Assembly (NCBI GenBank): GCA_963674825.1
Contig: OY771587.1
Coordinates: 3,584,001-3,648,000, forward strand
Direction of reading: 5' to 3'
DNA: 64,000 nucleotides
From: Candidatus Cloacimonadales bacterium
Lineage (GTDB): Bacteria; Cloacimonadota; Cloacimonadia; Cloacimonadales; JAIOQZ01
Numbering within the stretch: the first letter of the stretch is position 1; each line of letters starts with the position of its first letter. Shown piece by piece: positions 29,072 through 39,123 of the stretch. Made by a program: the position numbers and the translations under genes. Below the pieces are notes generated by a model. That model was not told where the DNA came from and did no database searches. It saw only the letters and a program-made list of their open reading frames with translations.

Positions 29072-32000
29072 ATGCCTAAGGTCAGATCACAGAGGGGTTA
29101 TGTTGAAGAGCTGAAACGTATTAATCTTGTTCGAGCTAAGACTTGTGATGTTAAAGACTCTTTCGTTCTATCTGGCGCTTCATTATTAACGGATATTATT
29201 CATCAGTCTTTCGACGCTTCTTTTTTTTGGTTTGATTTTAGTTTGGTTACTTCTGGTATGGAAGATGATATTCTTTCAGATTACCATGTTATCAGTACCG
29301 AATCCAACGATCCGATGATTCAAGGGATTTATAAGAGGGCTCAAGAGATTCAATTTGCTCGCAGTTTAATGACATGTTATAATGGGATGAGAGATTCAGG
29401 TCAGGCAATATATTATAATACGAGTTTTTTCGCCAATTCGTCGGACTATGTGTTTTATATTAGTGATAGCAGTTCCACTGAATACAAGGAAATGGCGAAT
29501 TCCAGCGTGGTGAAATTAGTTGAAAACGATAGTAAATTAAATGCATCGGATAACGCTTTTATCGATATTAATAACAATACGCTTTTTGCAGACTTCAGGC
29601 TCAATGTTGATCGGCGATTTTTTGAGAATTATATGCCAGATCAAGCCAGTAAGGAAAACAATGATAGCAAGGTAAATGCTAATATCGATGAGTTGGGGCA
29701 CTTGTTTCACTACATTATTAAATCACGCGTATTTAAAGTCGCAGATCTAAAAACCTACCTTTTAAGTATTCCCATACTTGGGGCGAATGCTCAGAAAGAA
29801 CATGAAGAAACACTGAGGGGTACAGGGGCTCTCTTTGTAATGTTTTCACCTGCCGAAGGAAAGACGGTGGGTAGAGAAGAATTAACCAGGGTCGCCGATG
29901 AGCTAAGTTACGCTGTGAAGGACATATCTCTAAACTACCTTTTCTATTCTGGAATGATGCTGAAGTTAAGGTTGCTTAAGCAGTTGATAAAAGGTGCAGT
30001 ACAGACCATCCTCATCGATTCCTACGCGCACAACATCAGTGCGCACAGCCTTGCGGCGTTGTCGTGGTGGTTCGAGAAGCGACGCAAGATGCTGGACAGA
30101 CGTTTCAACGGTTTCCTGGAAGACGGAGAAGTGGTGGAGAAAGGGAAACTAACGGGTTTGCAGCCCGAATCAATCGAGAAACTTCAGGACAATCAGGATA
30201 TCTTCGACTACTATGCGATTCAGGGACTTGAAGATGGCACGTACAACGGCAACTTCTATTCTCTTCATGACTACATGCAATTTATGCCGGATGAAGCGTT
30301 TAAAGAATTCCTGGCATTCAATAGGCTTGTTCACTATAAAAGCAGGAAATATAAACTGCGATTCCCCGCTCCACTTGATTATGCCCTTGCACCGCTATTC
30401 CGGTTCTTGCGTGACAAGGGTGCGTTTTGGAGTGGGGTGACTCGGGATCATGCGTATGGAGGGGAATCGAAGACTCTGTATCAGATTCTTTGGAACGATT
30501 TCGCCAACAATCCTCTTTATCTTGGTACTATCGCGCGGACAGAGGGTGTGGACAAGGTTAATATCGATCTGCATGTTATGCATGAAGACAAATGGAAGCG
30601 GGGCAGATTCCTTACCATCGATTTGTCGCTGATCGATTACGAAGACCATCTTATGGATGGAAATGGAAGCCATACCGAAGGTAAAGGGGAACTGGAGAAT
30701 CACAATCGCAAAGAATGCAAGTGTAACTGCTTTGAACACAAAGCGGACTCTGCTGGAAACAATGACGATGACAAGGTGGATCTGAAGGAACTCAAATGTG
30801 AAGATGAAAGATTCGAAAACTGTGAGGAAAAAGGTAAGTCGAGAAAGCACTGGCTTAAGCCTGAGAAATACTCGAAGTATGCACTTGTAAGGTTTGGGCC
30901 TTGTTTTGAATGCTTCAGGAAAATTCTTGATACCGATGAATACCGGGTTTATTTGCCGGGTGGTATCGTTGGTGAACATGCCATCTTCACCATTCTCGAG
31001 AACACGCTTCGCAATATCAAACATTACAAAGATAAAGAGACTGTTGAAGATGTTCAGAAAAATGGGCTCAGTTTCCATATCTCAATCGAGCCGGAGAACC
31101 TTGAAGTCGATAAGGGGAATGAAGGAAAGTCAACAAACCGGAAGCAAGAGCTATTCAAGATTGGTACCTGGCTCGGGCATGAGATTAGAAACAACAAGGA
31201 AAATCAAGAGACTATTGATGAGTTAGTTAATCGAGTAACTGCCCTTTCGAAAGAATCGATCATTGATAGAGAGTCGAGTCCAAGAATGGGCGGGAATTCT
31301 CAGGATAAAATATGTGCTGCAATGCTGTTGAACAATAACTTCAGTCACGTTGAATCCCAAAATGAGTCTGAACGGGATAAAAAGTATTATCCTTGGATTC
31401 ATTATACCAATGGTTTAATGGGCGCCGAAGGGAATTATTTGCAGAAGTACTTCTATGTCTGGCGCAGTGAGGTATTTTACTTCCTGGATGACATCAAGAA
31501 GATCGAGAAAGAAAATATATCCAGGTTCAAGTTCCTGGGCATTCCTGATTCACCGGATTCGGATGCGCTTTTCAAGGCCGCGCGTGAAAATGGTGTCGTG
31601 AGGATATTGAAAGGTGATAGGTCTGTCCTTGCAAAAGGTGAGCATGAGTCGTATGATGAGCACATATCAAGGCTGTATTCGCTTTGGTTTAAAGAGTGGT
31701 TTGGTATGGGGAATTGGGCCATCAGTTACTTTAAGGATGATGATAAATGTGCGTTAGACTATTTAGACGGTAATGTTTCTTGGGTCAGCTACGGTGAAAT
31801 AGATAATGTGCGAGATCGTTTACGAACCAAAATTCGCTTTTCACATGGCGGTTCCGATGAAGACACGAGCTGCAATGTGAGAAGTCACGGTGTTTTTTGG
31901 AGTCATTATTTCTCAGAAGTAGCCAAGAAGGATCCGGTGGAGCTGGAAAAGATAGGGGCTGATTATACGGCAGCGGGAAAAGCTATAAGCATGTACGATA

Positions 32001-32539
32001 TGTTTGAGGTTATCTCGACAAATATTTACATATTTGATGATCGGGTTAATAAGAGATTCGGGGAGTTTAGCAGAGACAAGATTAAGGTGTTTAAAGAGAT
32101 GGGGGTATTTGTGCGCGGAGAAAAGAAATTGCGCAAGAGGACATTGTGTTCCATAATAAGAGTCCCCCACTTCCTCATTATTCACCTTTCTTATATCGAA
32201 CAGATGGTGGATTCACATGGTAGCAAGTATGGTGAAAAGAGTCTCATGGCGTTCATTAGGGACCATATTCTCGACTGTTTCAGAAATCCGAATTTCATCT
32301 TCATTGTTACTACCGGAAGAGGACGAGATAAATGGAAACAAGCAATTGATTTCACAAGTCAGGAAACAGAATCCTTAGTTCAAGATCAGGATGAAAATCG
32401 CAGGCTTATTGGCGCTATTCAGAAGCAAACAAGCTTTAAACCTATTGAATCGATTCTTGATGCTGTTGAGACTTCAATTTCATACAATGATAATTTTGAT
32501 ATGAAGTACAAGCTGGTAAAATTACTTTTGGGTTCATGA
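29072..32539 (+). CDS. Large soluble atypical histidine-kinase-like protein with C-terminal pseudo-receiver
   Basis: H-box-like DSYAHNISAHSL, N-box-like ILENTLRNIKHY, G-box-like PRMGGNSQ; C-terminal YIFDDRV / FLIIHLSY / IVTTGRG / FKP; AAGGAG RBS. Confidence 0.6.
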   Translation: MPKVRSQRGYVEELKRINLVRAKTCDVKDSFVLSGASLLTDIIHQSFDASFFWFDFSLVTSGMEDDILSDYHVISTESNDPMIQGIYKRAQEIQFARSLMTCYNGMRDSGQAIYYNTSFFANSSDYVFYISDSSSTEYKEMANSSVVKLVENDSKLNASDNAFIDINNNTLFADFRLNVDRRFFENYMPDQASKENNDSKVNANIDELGHLFHYIIKSRVFKVADLKTYLLSIPILGANAQKEHEETLRGTGALFVMFSPAEGKTVGREELTRVADELSYAVKDISLNYLFYSGMMLKLRLLKQLIKGAVQTILIDSYAHNISAHSLAALSWWFEKRRKMLDRRFNGFLEDGEVVEKGKLTGLQPESIEKLQDNQDIFDYYAIQGLEDGTYNGNFYSLHDYMQFMPDEAFKEFLAFNRLVHYKSRKYKLRFPAPLDYALAPLFRFLRDKGAFWSGVTRDHAYGGESKTLYQILWNDFANNPLYLGTIARTEGVDKVNIDLHVMHEDKWKRGRFLTIDLSLIDYEDHLMDGNGSHTEGKGELENHNRKECKCNCFEHKADSAGNNDDDKVDLKELKCEDERFENCEEKGKSRKHWLKPEKYSKYALVRFGPCFECFRKILDTDEYRVYLPGGIVGEHAIFTILENTLRNIKHYKDKETVEDVQKNGLSFHISIEPENLEVDKGNEGKSTNRKQELFKIGTWLGHEIRNNKENQETIDELVNRVTALSKESIIDRESSPRMGGNSQDKICAAMLLNNNFSHVESQNESERDKKYYPWIHYTNGLMGAEGNYLQKYFYVWRSEVFYFLDDIKKIEKENISRFKFLGIPDSPDSDALFKAARENGVVRILKGDRSVLAKGEHESYDEHISRLYSLWFKEWFGMGNWAISYFKDDDKCALDYLDGNVSWVSYGEIDNVRDRLRTKIRFSHGGSDEDTSCNVRSHGVFWSHYFSEVAKKDPVELEKIGADYTAAGKAISMYDMFEVISTNIYIFDDRVNKRFGEFSRDKIKVFKEMGVFVRGEKKLRKRTLCSIIRVPHFLIIHLSYIEQMVDSHGSKYGEKSLMAFIRDHILDCFRNPNFIFIVTTGRGRDKWKQAIDFTSQETESLVQDQDENRRLIGAIQKQTSFKPIESILDAVETSISYNDNFDMKYKLVKLLLGS

Positions 32540-32556
32540 TTCACCAGGGAGGAATA

Positions 32557-33387
32557 ATGGAAGATTTTCCACGCATAATAATAATCAACTGGAAATGGTA
32601 TATGGAGGGCAGGAACCCAACTATTGTATTTCCGCAAATCCTCGATGTTGATGGAAGTGGCATTGATAAAGACGGGGGTAGTGTTGATAAGGTTGTTTAT
32701 TGCTCATATAATAGCAAAGAGGAATCGGAATTTACGAAAGAAATCCAGAAGATCACTGATGGATCGGGGGAAGAAACAAAGATTCTGGTGTTCACGCATA
32801 ACGACCCTTCTTTTTTTAAGAATATACCGGAAAATGATGGGGAAAATAAATTTCGCACTAATAAAAACTTCCATATTCCTGTTTCGGCGATATGTGATAT
32901 CAAAAGCAAAAATAGGGTTCTGCGTTTTCATGAATTTTATGGAGGTAAGGAGAAAATATATGACAAATCTCTTGGGCTACTTCCTAAAAATTTAGAGTTT
33001 GAAACACACAGCCTTAATCTCATGAATAGTAATGGTAAAATCAAGAAGGAGAATTTCGATTATGTTTGGAAGAGCTACTGGTGACTGCATGTTGCTCGAT
33101 TCCTTTACGAGATTCGCGAGATATTCATTATTAATTATCCACCGTGGTCTGATGATGTAGGAACGAGGCTTATTTCATTGCCGGCAAAATTTATTGAGCA
33201 ATTAAAGGAATTACAGAAAGAAAGACATATCTTCGACGAGTTAATTCAAGAGCTTAAGAAGATAGAAGAGCTAACCATTGATCTGTCAACTGGTTACACG
33301 ATGCAACTTACATCGCAACAGGATAAATCGGAAATTCTCGACAAATTCAATGAGCTGCTAAACAACTACAAGTTATTCTATGGCTGA
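32557..33387 (+). pseudogene. Hypothetical gene interrupted by a single in-frame TGA at 33082-33084
   Basis: The frame stays open for 100 codons after the TGA up to a stop that overlaps the next gene; GGGAGG RBS before MEDFPR. Confidence 0.65.
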
Positions 33388-34123
33388 TCTCCTATCGCGA
33401 TTCCACGATTTCGGCACAGAAATCATCAACGCATATCATCTGCAGGGATTCCGGGTAATAAGCGAAGTTGATGGCGAACCTCCGAGCACGACAATCTTGA
33501 TTCTGGAGCCTATGAAGCTCGATAGGAAATACATATCGGTTTTTAAATTATGGTATCGCTATTACAAGCAGAATTTTCCCGACCAGAAAGTCATCGTGCT
33601 TGGTTTCCATGCTTTCAATCATCCGAATTACGTCAATCTGTATGACTTCGACGGTGATTTCGATAGGGTGATTCGTAATGCACAAACAAACATTGCACCT
33701 GAAGATTTTCCCCAGGATGGAATTGATATCTGTCAGCCGATTTCCGTATTTTTCGAGGGCCATGGGCAAGGCACTGTTATCTCACAATTAGCAGTTATTT
33801 CAACAAGTTGTGAGGTGCTATACCAGGTCGACGAAGACCAGGTTATTGAATTCGTGCCAGAACTTGATGCAGCATTCGATCTGGTTTTCAAGAGGTGGAC
33901 AAAGTACGACTGTTACTTCAGGCTAACACCTTTTTTCAAAGAAATCGATCGTATTCGCACATCTTTTCTGAGCGTTCATTCCCAAATCAGGAACTTGAAC
34001 TATGTCTTGAAGTCTGACGATCGTAATATTATAACTGAATTGAAGAAATGCTCGAACTCGTTACGGTTAATCTATAACCGATATATCAAACCGGAGACAT
34101 CCGTTGAAAATCCTCATACTTGA
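33380..34123 (+). CDS. Hypothetical protein (alpha/beta N-terminus, FEGHG motif, helical C-terminus)
   Basis: 247-aa ORF overlapping both neighbours. Confidence 0.75.
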   Translation: MADLLSRFHDFGTEIINAYHLQGFRVISEVDGEPPSTTILILEPMKLDRKYISVFKLWYRYYKQNFPDQKVIVLGFHAFNHPNYVNLYDFDGDFDRVIRNAQTNIAPEDFPQDGIDICQPISVFFEGHGQGTVISQLAVISTSCEVLYQVDEDQVIEFVPELDAAFDLVFKRWTKYDCYFRLTPFFKEIDRIRTSFLSVHSQIRNLNYVLKSDDRNIITELKKCSNSLRLIYNRYIKPETSVENPHT

Positions 34124-35498
34124 TGACGATTACGGCTATACGAAGAAATTAGCCCTTATATTCCCGGAATTCCATTTTACTTCTTGTCAGGACTGGAAAT
34201 CCGCTGTTGATGAATTACAGCAAAACCATTTCAACCTGATGCTGCTTGATCTCAATCTTGAAAGCTCGACAACGAAGCTGGAGGGGCTCGAACTAATACC
34301 GAAAATCAAGAAGGAATACCCGGAACTACCGTTAATTGTTGTTACGAACGATCAGAAGAATGAAACGATAAAAAAGGCGATCAACTCAGGAGCTGATAAC
34401 TTCCTGCGCAAGAGTGAAATGGACAAGATGGACTGGGACCTGAAATTCAGGACTACGGTCGAGAATCACGAATTGAAGGTCTCCCTGGGAAGAATGGAGA
34501 GCGAGCAATATCCCTTCGTTAGTCAATCGCTTGAGATGCAAAATCTGAAACGGAATTTGGAGGTTCTTTCAAGCAGTTCCGAATTATCCTTGCTGATCAC
34601 AGGGGAAACCGGTGTAGGTAAGGAAGTCGCTGCCAAATACCTACATTCCTGCAGTCTGAGGAGGTATCGTCCCTTTGTTCCGGTCAATATCTCTTCGATA
34701 CCAGATAACCTTCTGGAGAGCGCTCTTTTCGGGCATAAGAAAGGTGCTTTCACGGATGCAAAGGTGGATCGCGATGGCTTTTTCAAGCGCGCAGATGGCG
34801 GAATTCTGTTTCTGGATGAAATAGGCGAGCTTTCCTTGTCAATTCAGGTAAAGCTTCTGCGGGTGATCGAGACGAAAACGGTTTTCCCTATAGGCTCTGA
34901 TGTAGGAATACCACTCGATATTCAGATTATTGCAGCAACGAATCGGGATCTGAAGAAGCTTATCGAAGAAAATCAGTTTCGTTCAGACTTGTATTATCGC
35001 CTGAAAAACTTCGAGATCGAGATTCCCCCTCTGAGGGTACGCAAGGATGATATTGTGGCGATCTTCAGCTTCTACCTTCAGCGTGCTGGATTGTCATTGG
35101 ATCATGTTGATCCTGATGTAATATCAATGGTGCAACAGTATTCCTGGCCAGGAAATATCAGAGAGCTTAAAAATTCCGTTGTTAATATGCTTTTCAAAAA
35201 AACAACGCTATCCAGGAAAATAATTGACATCGATTGTTTTCCCTCGGATATTTCTCATTCAATGCGGACTGTTGGAAATCAGTCTCTGTCGCAAAACATA
35301 GATCAAGCCATGTCCATATTAGAGCTGAGAATGATTGACGATGCCCTAGCCAGATTTCAAGGAAGGAAAGAGATAGCTGCCAATAGTATTGGAATCACTG
35401 CCGAACAGATGAAGTATCGAGTTCATAAGCACCGAAGGAACAATAGGGCACTCCTTTCAGAATATCCCAATATCTTGAAATACTATAACATGAGGTAG
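34104..35498 (+). CDS. Sigma-54-dependent response regulator (NtrC/AtoC-type enhancer-binding protein)
   Basis: REC (ILDDD, LLDL), Walker A GETGVGKE, GAFTDA, LFLDEIGEL, FRSDLYYRL, WPGNIREL, C-terminal HTH-like region. Confidence 0.95.
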   Translation: MKILILDDDYGYTKKLALIFPEFHFTSCQDWKSAVDELQQNHFNLMLLDLNLESSTTKLEGLELIPKIKKEYPELPLIVVTNDQKNETIKKAINSGADNFLRKSEMDKMDWDLKFRTTVENHELKVSLGRMESEQYPFVSQSLEMQNLKRNLEVLSSSSELSLLITGETGVGKEVAAKYLHSCSLRRYRPFVPVNISSIPDNLLESALFGHKKGAFTDAKVDRDGFFKRADGGILFLDEIGELSLSIQVKLLRVIETKTVFPIGSDVGIPLDIQIIAATNRDLKKLIEENQFRSDLYYRLKNFEIEIPPLRVRKDDIVAIFSFYLQRAGLSLDHVDPDVISMVQQYSWPGNIRELKNSVVNMLFKKTTLSRKIIDIDCFPSDISHSMRTVGNQSLSQNIDQAMSILELRMIDDALARFQGRKEIAANSIGITAEQMKYRVHKHRRNNRALLSEYPNILKYYNMR

Positions 35499-35506
35499 AT
35501 ATCGAT

Positions 35507-37324
35507 ATGAAAATCTCATTTTTCGATTTCACCACCTGGCAAGAAATGGATGATAAATCCATGTTCTCATTCATATGTAGCGAGATTAAAAAAATACTGG
35601 AAAATGACGATCGAGGAAAAAAATATACCTTCATGGATATGAAGGACTCTGATCCTGACCTTATCATCGGATTCATCACCATGAAGATGCTGAACGGAGA
35701 ATCCGAAATACTGAAATTATTGACTCAGAAGAAAAACGAAAATCTGTTAAGGCCCATTGCGTGCCGACAGTCAAACTGCCCCGCCGGTCACAAATATAAT
35801 TACAAACCGATACTTTTCATCTCAACCGATCCGATCAACGATTTTGATTACAGTAAACAGAAGAACGGTACCCCGTGTTTCCCACGTGTTAATCTCGATC
35901 CACGTAAATTGTACCTGGATTCTTCTATCTGGAATCGGCATCTATACATTTCTGATCCAGATTTTCCATGTAAGCTTGAAAACCTTGTAGCCGAGATTCT
36001 CGAATATCATGAGCTCGACTTGTATAAGACAAATGTTGCAAGGGAGTTTCTTGAGTTCGAAACGCGTATGATGGTCAATTCTTATCTGGCGCCGGTGTTC
36101 AATGGGCATTCAAGGTTTGTGACGCCTTTCAAGTTTCATTCTGAAGGCACTATGCAGCGTCAGCTCGATCTTCCCAAAGAGCCTGGAGGCATGTCTCTGC
36201 GAAAATCAATATCGGAATATCGCTGGCACATCCTGGTTATTGACGATTTCTGCAACAAGCCGCTTTCACGGGAGGGTGGGAAGGAGTCAGATGTGCTGAC
36301 CAAGGCTCAGATAATATGCCGGCTCTTCAATAAAAAACTTGCAGGGAAGTGCCTAAAGGACTGTGACCACTGCAAGGTAAATAAAGAATATTTGGAGAAA
36401 TACGGGTATTATACAATCAGCAATGCGACGTTTCCCAAGGATACCGATGATTACTCTTCTTGTACGGTTCCATTTCTGATCACGGCTGCCAACTCGGTTG
36501 CTAACGCAGAAAAAGCGTTAATAGAGGTCCCGCGCGAGCATGAGAAGTGCTTTGATGTAATACTCCTCGATTATTTGCTTGATTCATCAGAGTCAACAGG
36601 TACCAATGGAGAAAGCAATCATCCGTTGGGGAATCGGAACAGCGGGTTGGATATACTCATGTTCATCAAGAATACCGCAGATAAACAAATAAATCATCCG
36701 ATGAAAAAGCAGTGGATTTTCCCCATTTCGGCATTTTCGAGCGCCATGCTTAACGAGCTCAGAGAAGGAGGATTCAGTCATCATGACGAGAAATGGGAAC
36801 TAGCAAGTGGAGCAGATCCCGTTAATGCTCCCAATCTGTTTCTTCCGAAATTTTGTAAGTTTTTGCATGTCCAGATTAATGAAATTTGCGAATTGCGCCA
36901 TATGAATGCAATCAATGAAGAAATAATGAACTATGACAAATCGAAATTGTCAGATAGGGACACACATGTGGATGATCGTGGTTTTTTTGAGCAAATCTAT
37001 CCGTCGTATCTTATGCTGAAAACGGCGTATGAATCAATTTATATAAATGTCAAGAGAAGTTACCTCTACTATTCGATCTATGTAAAAAACTACGGTCGAA
37101 CAAGCTTCAATCTTTGGGAGCATTTTCAGCATCTGACTTACCTCGTAGCCTTCGGGAATAGGCTGGAATGGGCAAAGATGTGGGAAGAATATACGTATAT
37201 AAACAGGAGGTTGAATGCAGAAATTCCGGATCGTAAAGATTCTAAGTTAAGCTTATTCTTTCATAGCCTGATGGAAAGATATAGGGACTACATCAACACC
37301 CTTTATAAGAATGCAAGCAAATGA
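35507..37324 (+). CDS. Hypothetical protein containing an insert-expanded receiver domain
   Basis: WHILVIDDF ... VILLDYLL ... IFPISAF; Cys clusters. Confidence 0.7.
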   Translation: MKISFFDFTTWQEMDDKSMFSFICSEIKKILENDDRGKKYTFMDMKDSDPDLIIGFITMKMLNGESEILKLLTQKKNENLLRPIACRQSNCPAGHKYNYKPILFISTDPINDFDYSKQKNGTPCFPRVNLDPRKLYLDSSIWNRHLYISDPDFPCKLENLVAEILEYHELDLYKTNVAREFLEFETRMMVNSYLAPVFNGHSRFVTPFKFHSEGTMQRQLDLPKEPGGMSLRKSISEYRWHILVIDDFCNKPLSREGGKESDVLTKAQIICRLFNKKLAGKCLKDCDHCKVNKEYLEKYGYYTISNATFPKDTDDYSSCTVPFLITAANSVANAEKALIEVPREHEKCFDVILLDYLLDSSESTGTNGESNHPLGNRNSGLDILMFIKNTADKQINHPMKKQWIFPISAFSSAMLNELREGGFSHHDEKWELASGADPVNAPNLFLPKFCKFLHVQINEICELRHMNAINEEIMNYDKSKLSDRDTHVDDRGFFEQIYPSYLMLKTAYESIYINVKRSYLYYSIYVKNYGRTSFNLWEHFQHLTYLVAFGNRLEWAKMWEEYTYINRRLNAEIPDRKDSKLSLFFHSLMERYRDYINTLYKNASK

Positions 37325-39114
37325 ACTACGGATACTTTTTCAAACTTGACAGAGATTCGATGCTGAAGGATGGGATTGTGCAGTTTCGGTATATGCCGGT
37401 CACAACCCGGAAAGGAGATGTTAAATACCCGATATATCTTATTGTTAATCGTTATTCAGTTGAGATTTACTGTCATACTTTCAGTGAAGGTTCAATCCAT
37501 ACACACCATAAGATCCTTTCACTTTCATTGTCAACGGATCACGACGTGAAAGATAACCTTACGGACACGCTTAAAGATTGCTACACGCATTTCTACTCCT
37601 TCAAAGACCAAGTGGAAATAGACAGGACTCCTTTCAGTAATGAATTTTCCTCGGACAGCCCCCAAGAACCTTCAAAAACTTCATCGAGTAAAATAGCATT
37701 GCGGAACATTATCCTTGATTTCATCTACGATTTTGAGAATCATAGCGTGTTTGAGCACTCTCCTTTCTATGAGGAAGTGGAGATATTTTTAAAACAAAAC
37801 AAACTGTTCAACGCAATATTGCTCAAGTATCTGTATCGATTGCGACGCAATGCTGCCCAAGGTGATTCATCAATAATGGACCTTGACTTGTATGTAAAAG
37901 CAGAAAGGAGCTGGTTGGATTTCCTAAGGACTGAGGGCTTGAGTGAAGTAGTGTATTGTTCTGGTTGGATTAAAGATGTCGAAATAGAGTATGCCGAAAT
38001 CGTGTTCAGAAAAGATAGGCAAGAGAATATCAACCGCTTCTATTCCGATTCTGTTTCAACCAGTAATGAAACCGATGAGGTACTAAGTCTCAAGCAATCG
38101 ACGCGTTGGTTAATTCGAAGATATGCGATGATCTCAGCAGTAAGGACGGTTATTCAGAATTGGGCTTGGAGATTTAAATTCACATTGTGGATGAAGGCAG
38201 TTGCAATTATCTTTCTGTTTTTTATTTTTCGAGGTTTGATTGCAATTATCGGAGATTCATCTTCGCTTTGCGATAAGGCCGTCTATGTAATTACAATGTC
38301 AGTTTTGGGGATGGGCATAGCAATTCCGATCCTGTTTATAGTGGGCAAATCATTTTTCAGTATCTTGCTTCCGAGATTGCTGGCTTCAATCTCGGCAGCT
38401 TGGATGATCATCGTTACGACTGAGGAACTATGGAAAATATCCTACGATGTGTATCTTGGTAATGCGTTGTACTATATCCCTTTCCTGCTGTTTACAATGT
38501 TTTATCTATATTCTGAAATCAAAAATCGAATCCCGTATATTCCCAGGAAGGAGACTATCCTAAGGACTATGACGCTTCTGTTTGTAAGTGGATTTTATAC
38601 GCTATTGATAGGAATCGTTTTTATGAGCTTCACCGCTCCAAGTATTCTAGTTCGGACCGACTGGCTTAAGGAAATGTATAATGCACTTGAAAATCCGGCG
38701 TATAAAAACGTTACTACAGCAAACTGGCATATGGAATCCAACGGAGTCGTCACAAGGTTAATGGAACATCGAATGATTTCTGAACGAAATAATACTATTC
38801 ATCATAAGCGGCTAAGTGGCAGGATACAAGCAAGAGATCAGCTATATCGTCCGGTGAATGATTATTCATTTGAATACCTTTATACACGTTCATCGGTGCC
38901 GAATGAGACAATGAGATCCATGCATTTCAACAACTTGACCCAATTGAGAAGCAAGAAATTTCCATGGCATAAAATGCAATATAATTTCAAAGTTCTTTTT
39001 ATTCATATTTATGTATTTCCCGGGATGCTACTTCTTCGATCAATTCTTGTCTTATTCCTGGGAATCTTTATTCAATACGCATTTGTCGATCACCCAATAA
39101 CCGAACCACTATAG
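37321..39114 (+). CDS. Hypothetical multi-pass membrane protein with soluble N-terminal half
   Basis: About six hydrophobic segments after residue ~285; ATGA coupling. Confidence 0.8.
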   Translation: MNYGYFFKLDRDSMLKDGIVQFRYMPVTTRKGDVKYPIYLIVNRYSVEIYCHTFSEGSIHTHHKILSLSLSTDHDVKDNLTDTLKDCYTHFYSFKDQVEIDRTPFSNEFSSDSPQEPSKTSSSKIALRNIILDFIYDFENHSVFEHSPFYEEVEIFLKQNKLFNAILLKYLYRLRRNAAQGDSSIMDLDLYVKAERSWLDFLRTEGLSEVVYCSGWIKDVEIEYAEIVFRKDRQENINRFYSDSVSTSNETDEVLSLKQSTRWLIRRYAMISAVRTVIQNWAWRFKFTLWMKAVAIIFLFFIFRGLIAIIGDSSSLCDKAVYVITMSVLGMGIAIPILFIVGKSFFSILLPRLLASISAAWMIIVTTEELWKISYDVYLGNALYYIPFLLFTMFYLYSEIKNRIPYIPRKETILRTMTLLFVSGFYTLLIGIVFMSFTAPSILVRTDWLKEMYNALENPAYKNVTTANWHMESNGVVTRLMEHRMISERNNTIHHKRLSGRIQARDQLYRPVNDYSFEYLYTRSSVPNETMRSMHFNNLTQLRSKKFPWHKMQYNFKVLFIHIYVFPGMLLLRSILVLFLGIFIQYAFVDHPITEPL

Positions 39115-39123
39115 GAGGTCTCT

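Noticed and set aside
33082..33084. Selenocysteine codon
   Set aside because: No convincing SECIS hairpin directly downstream and no redox motif context
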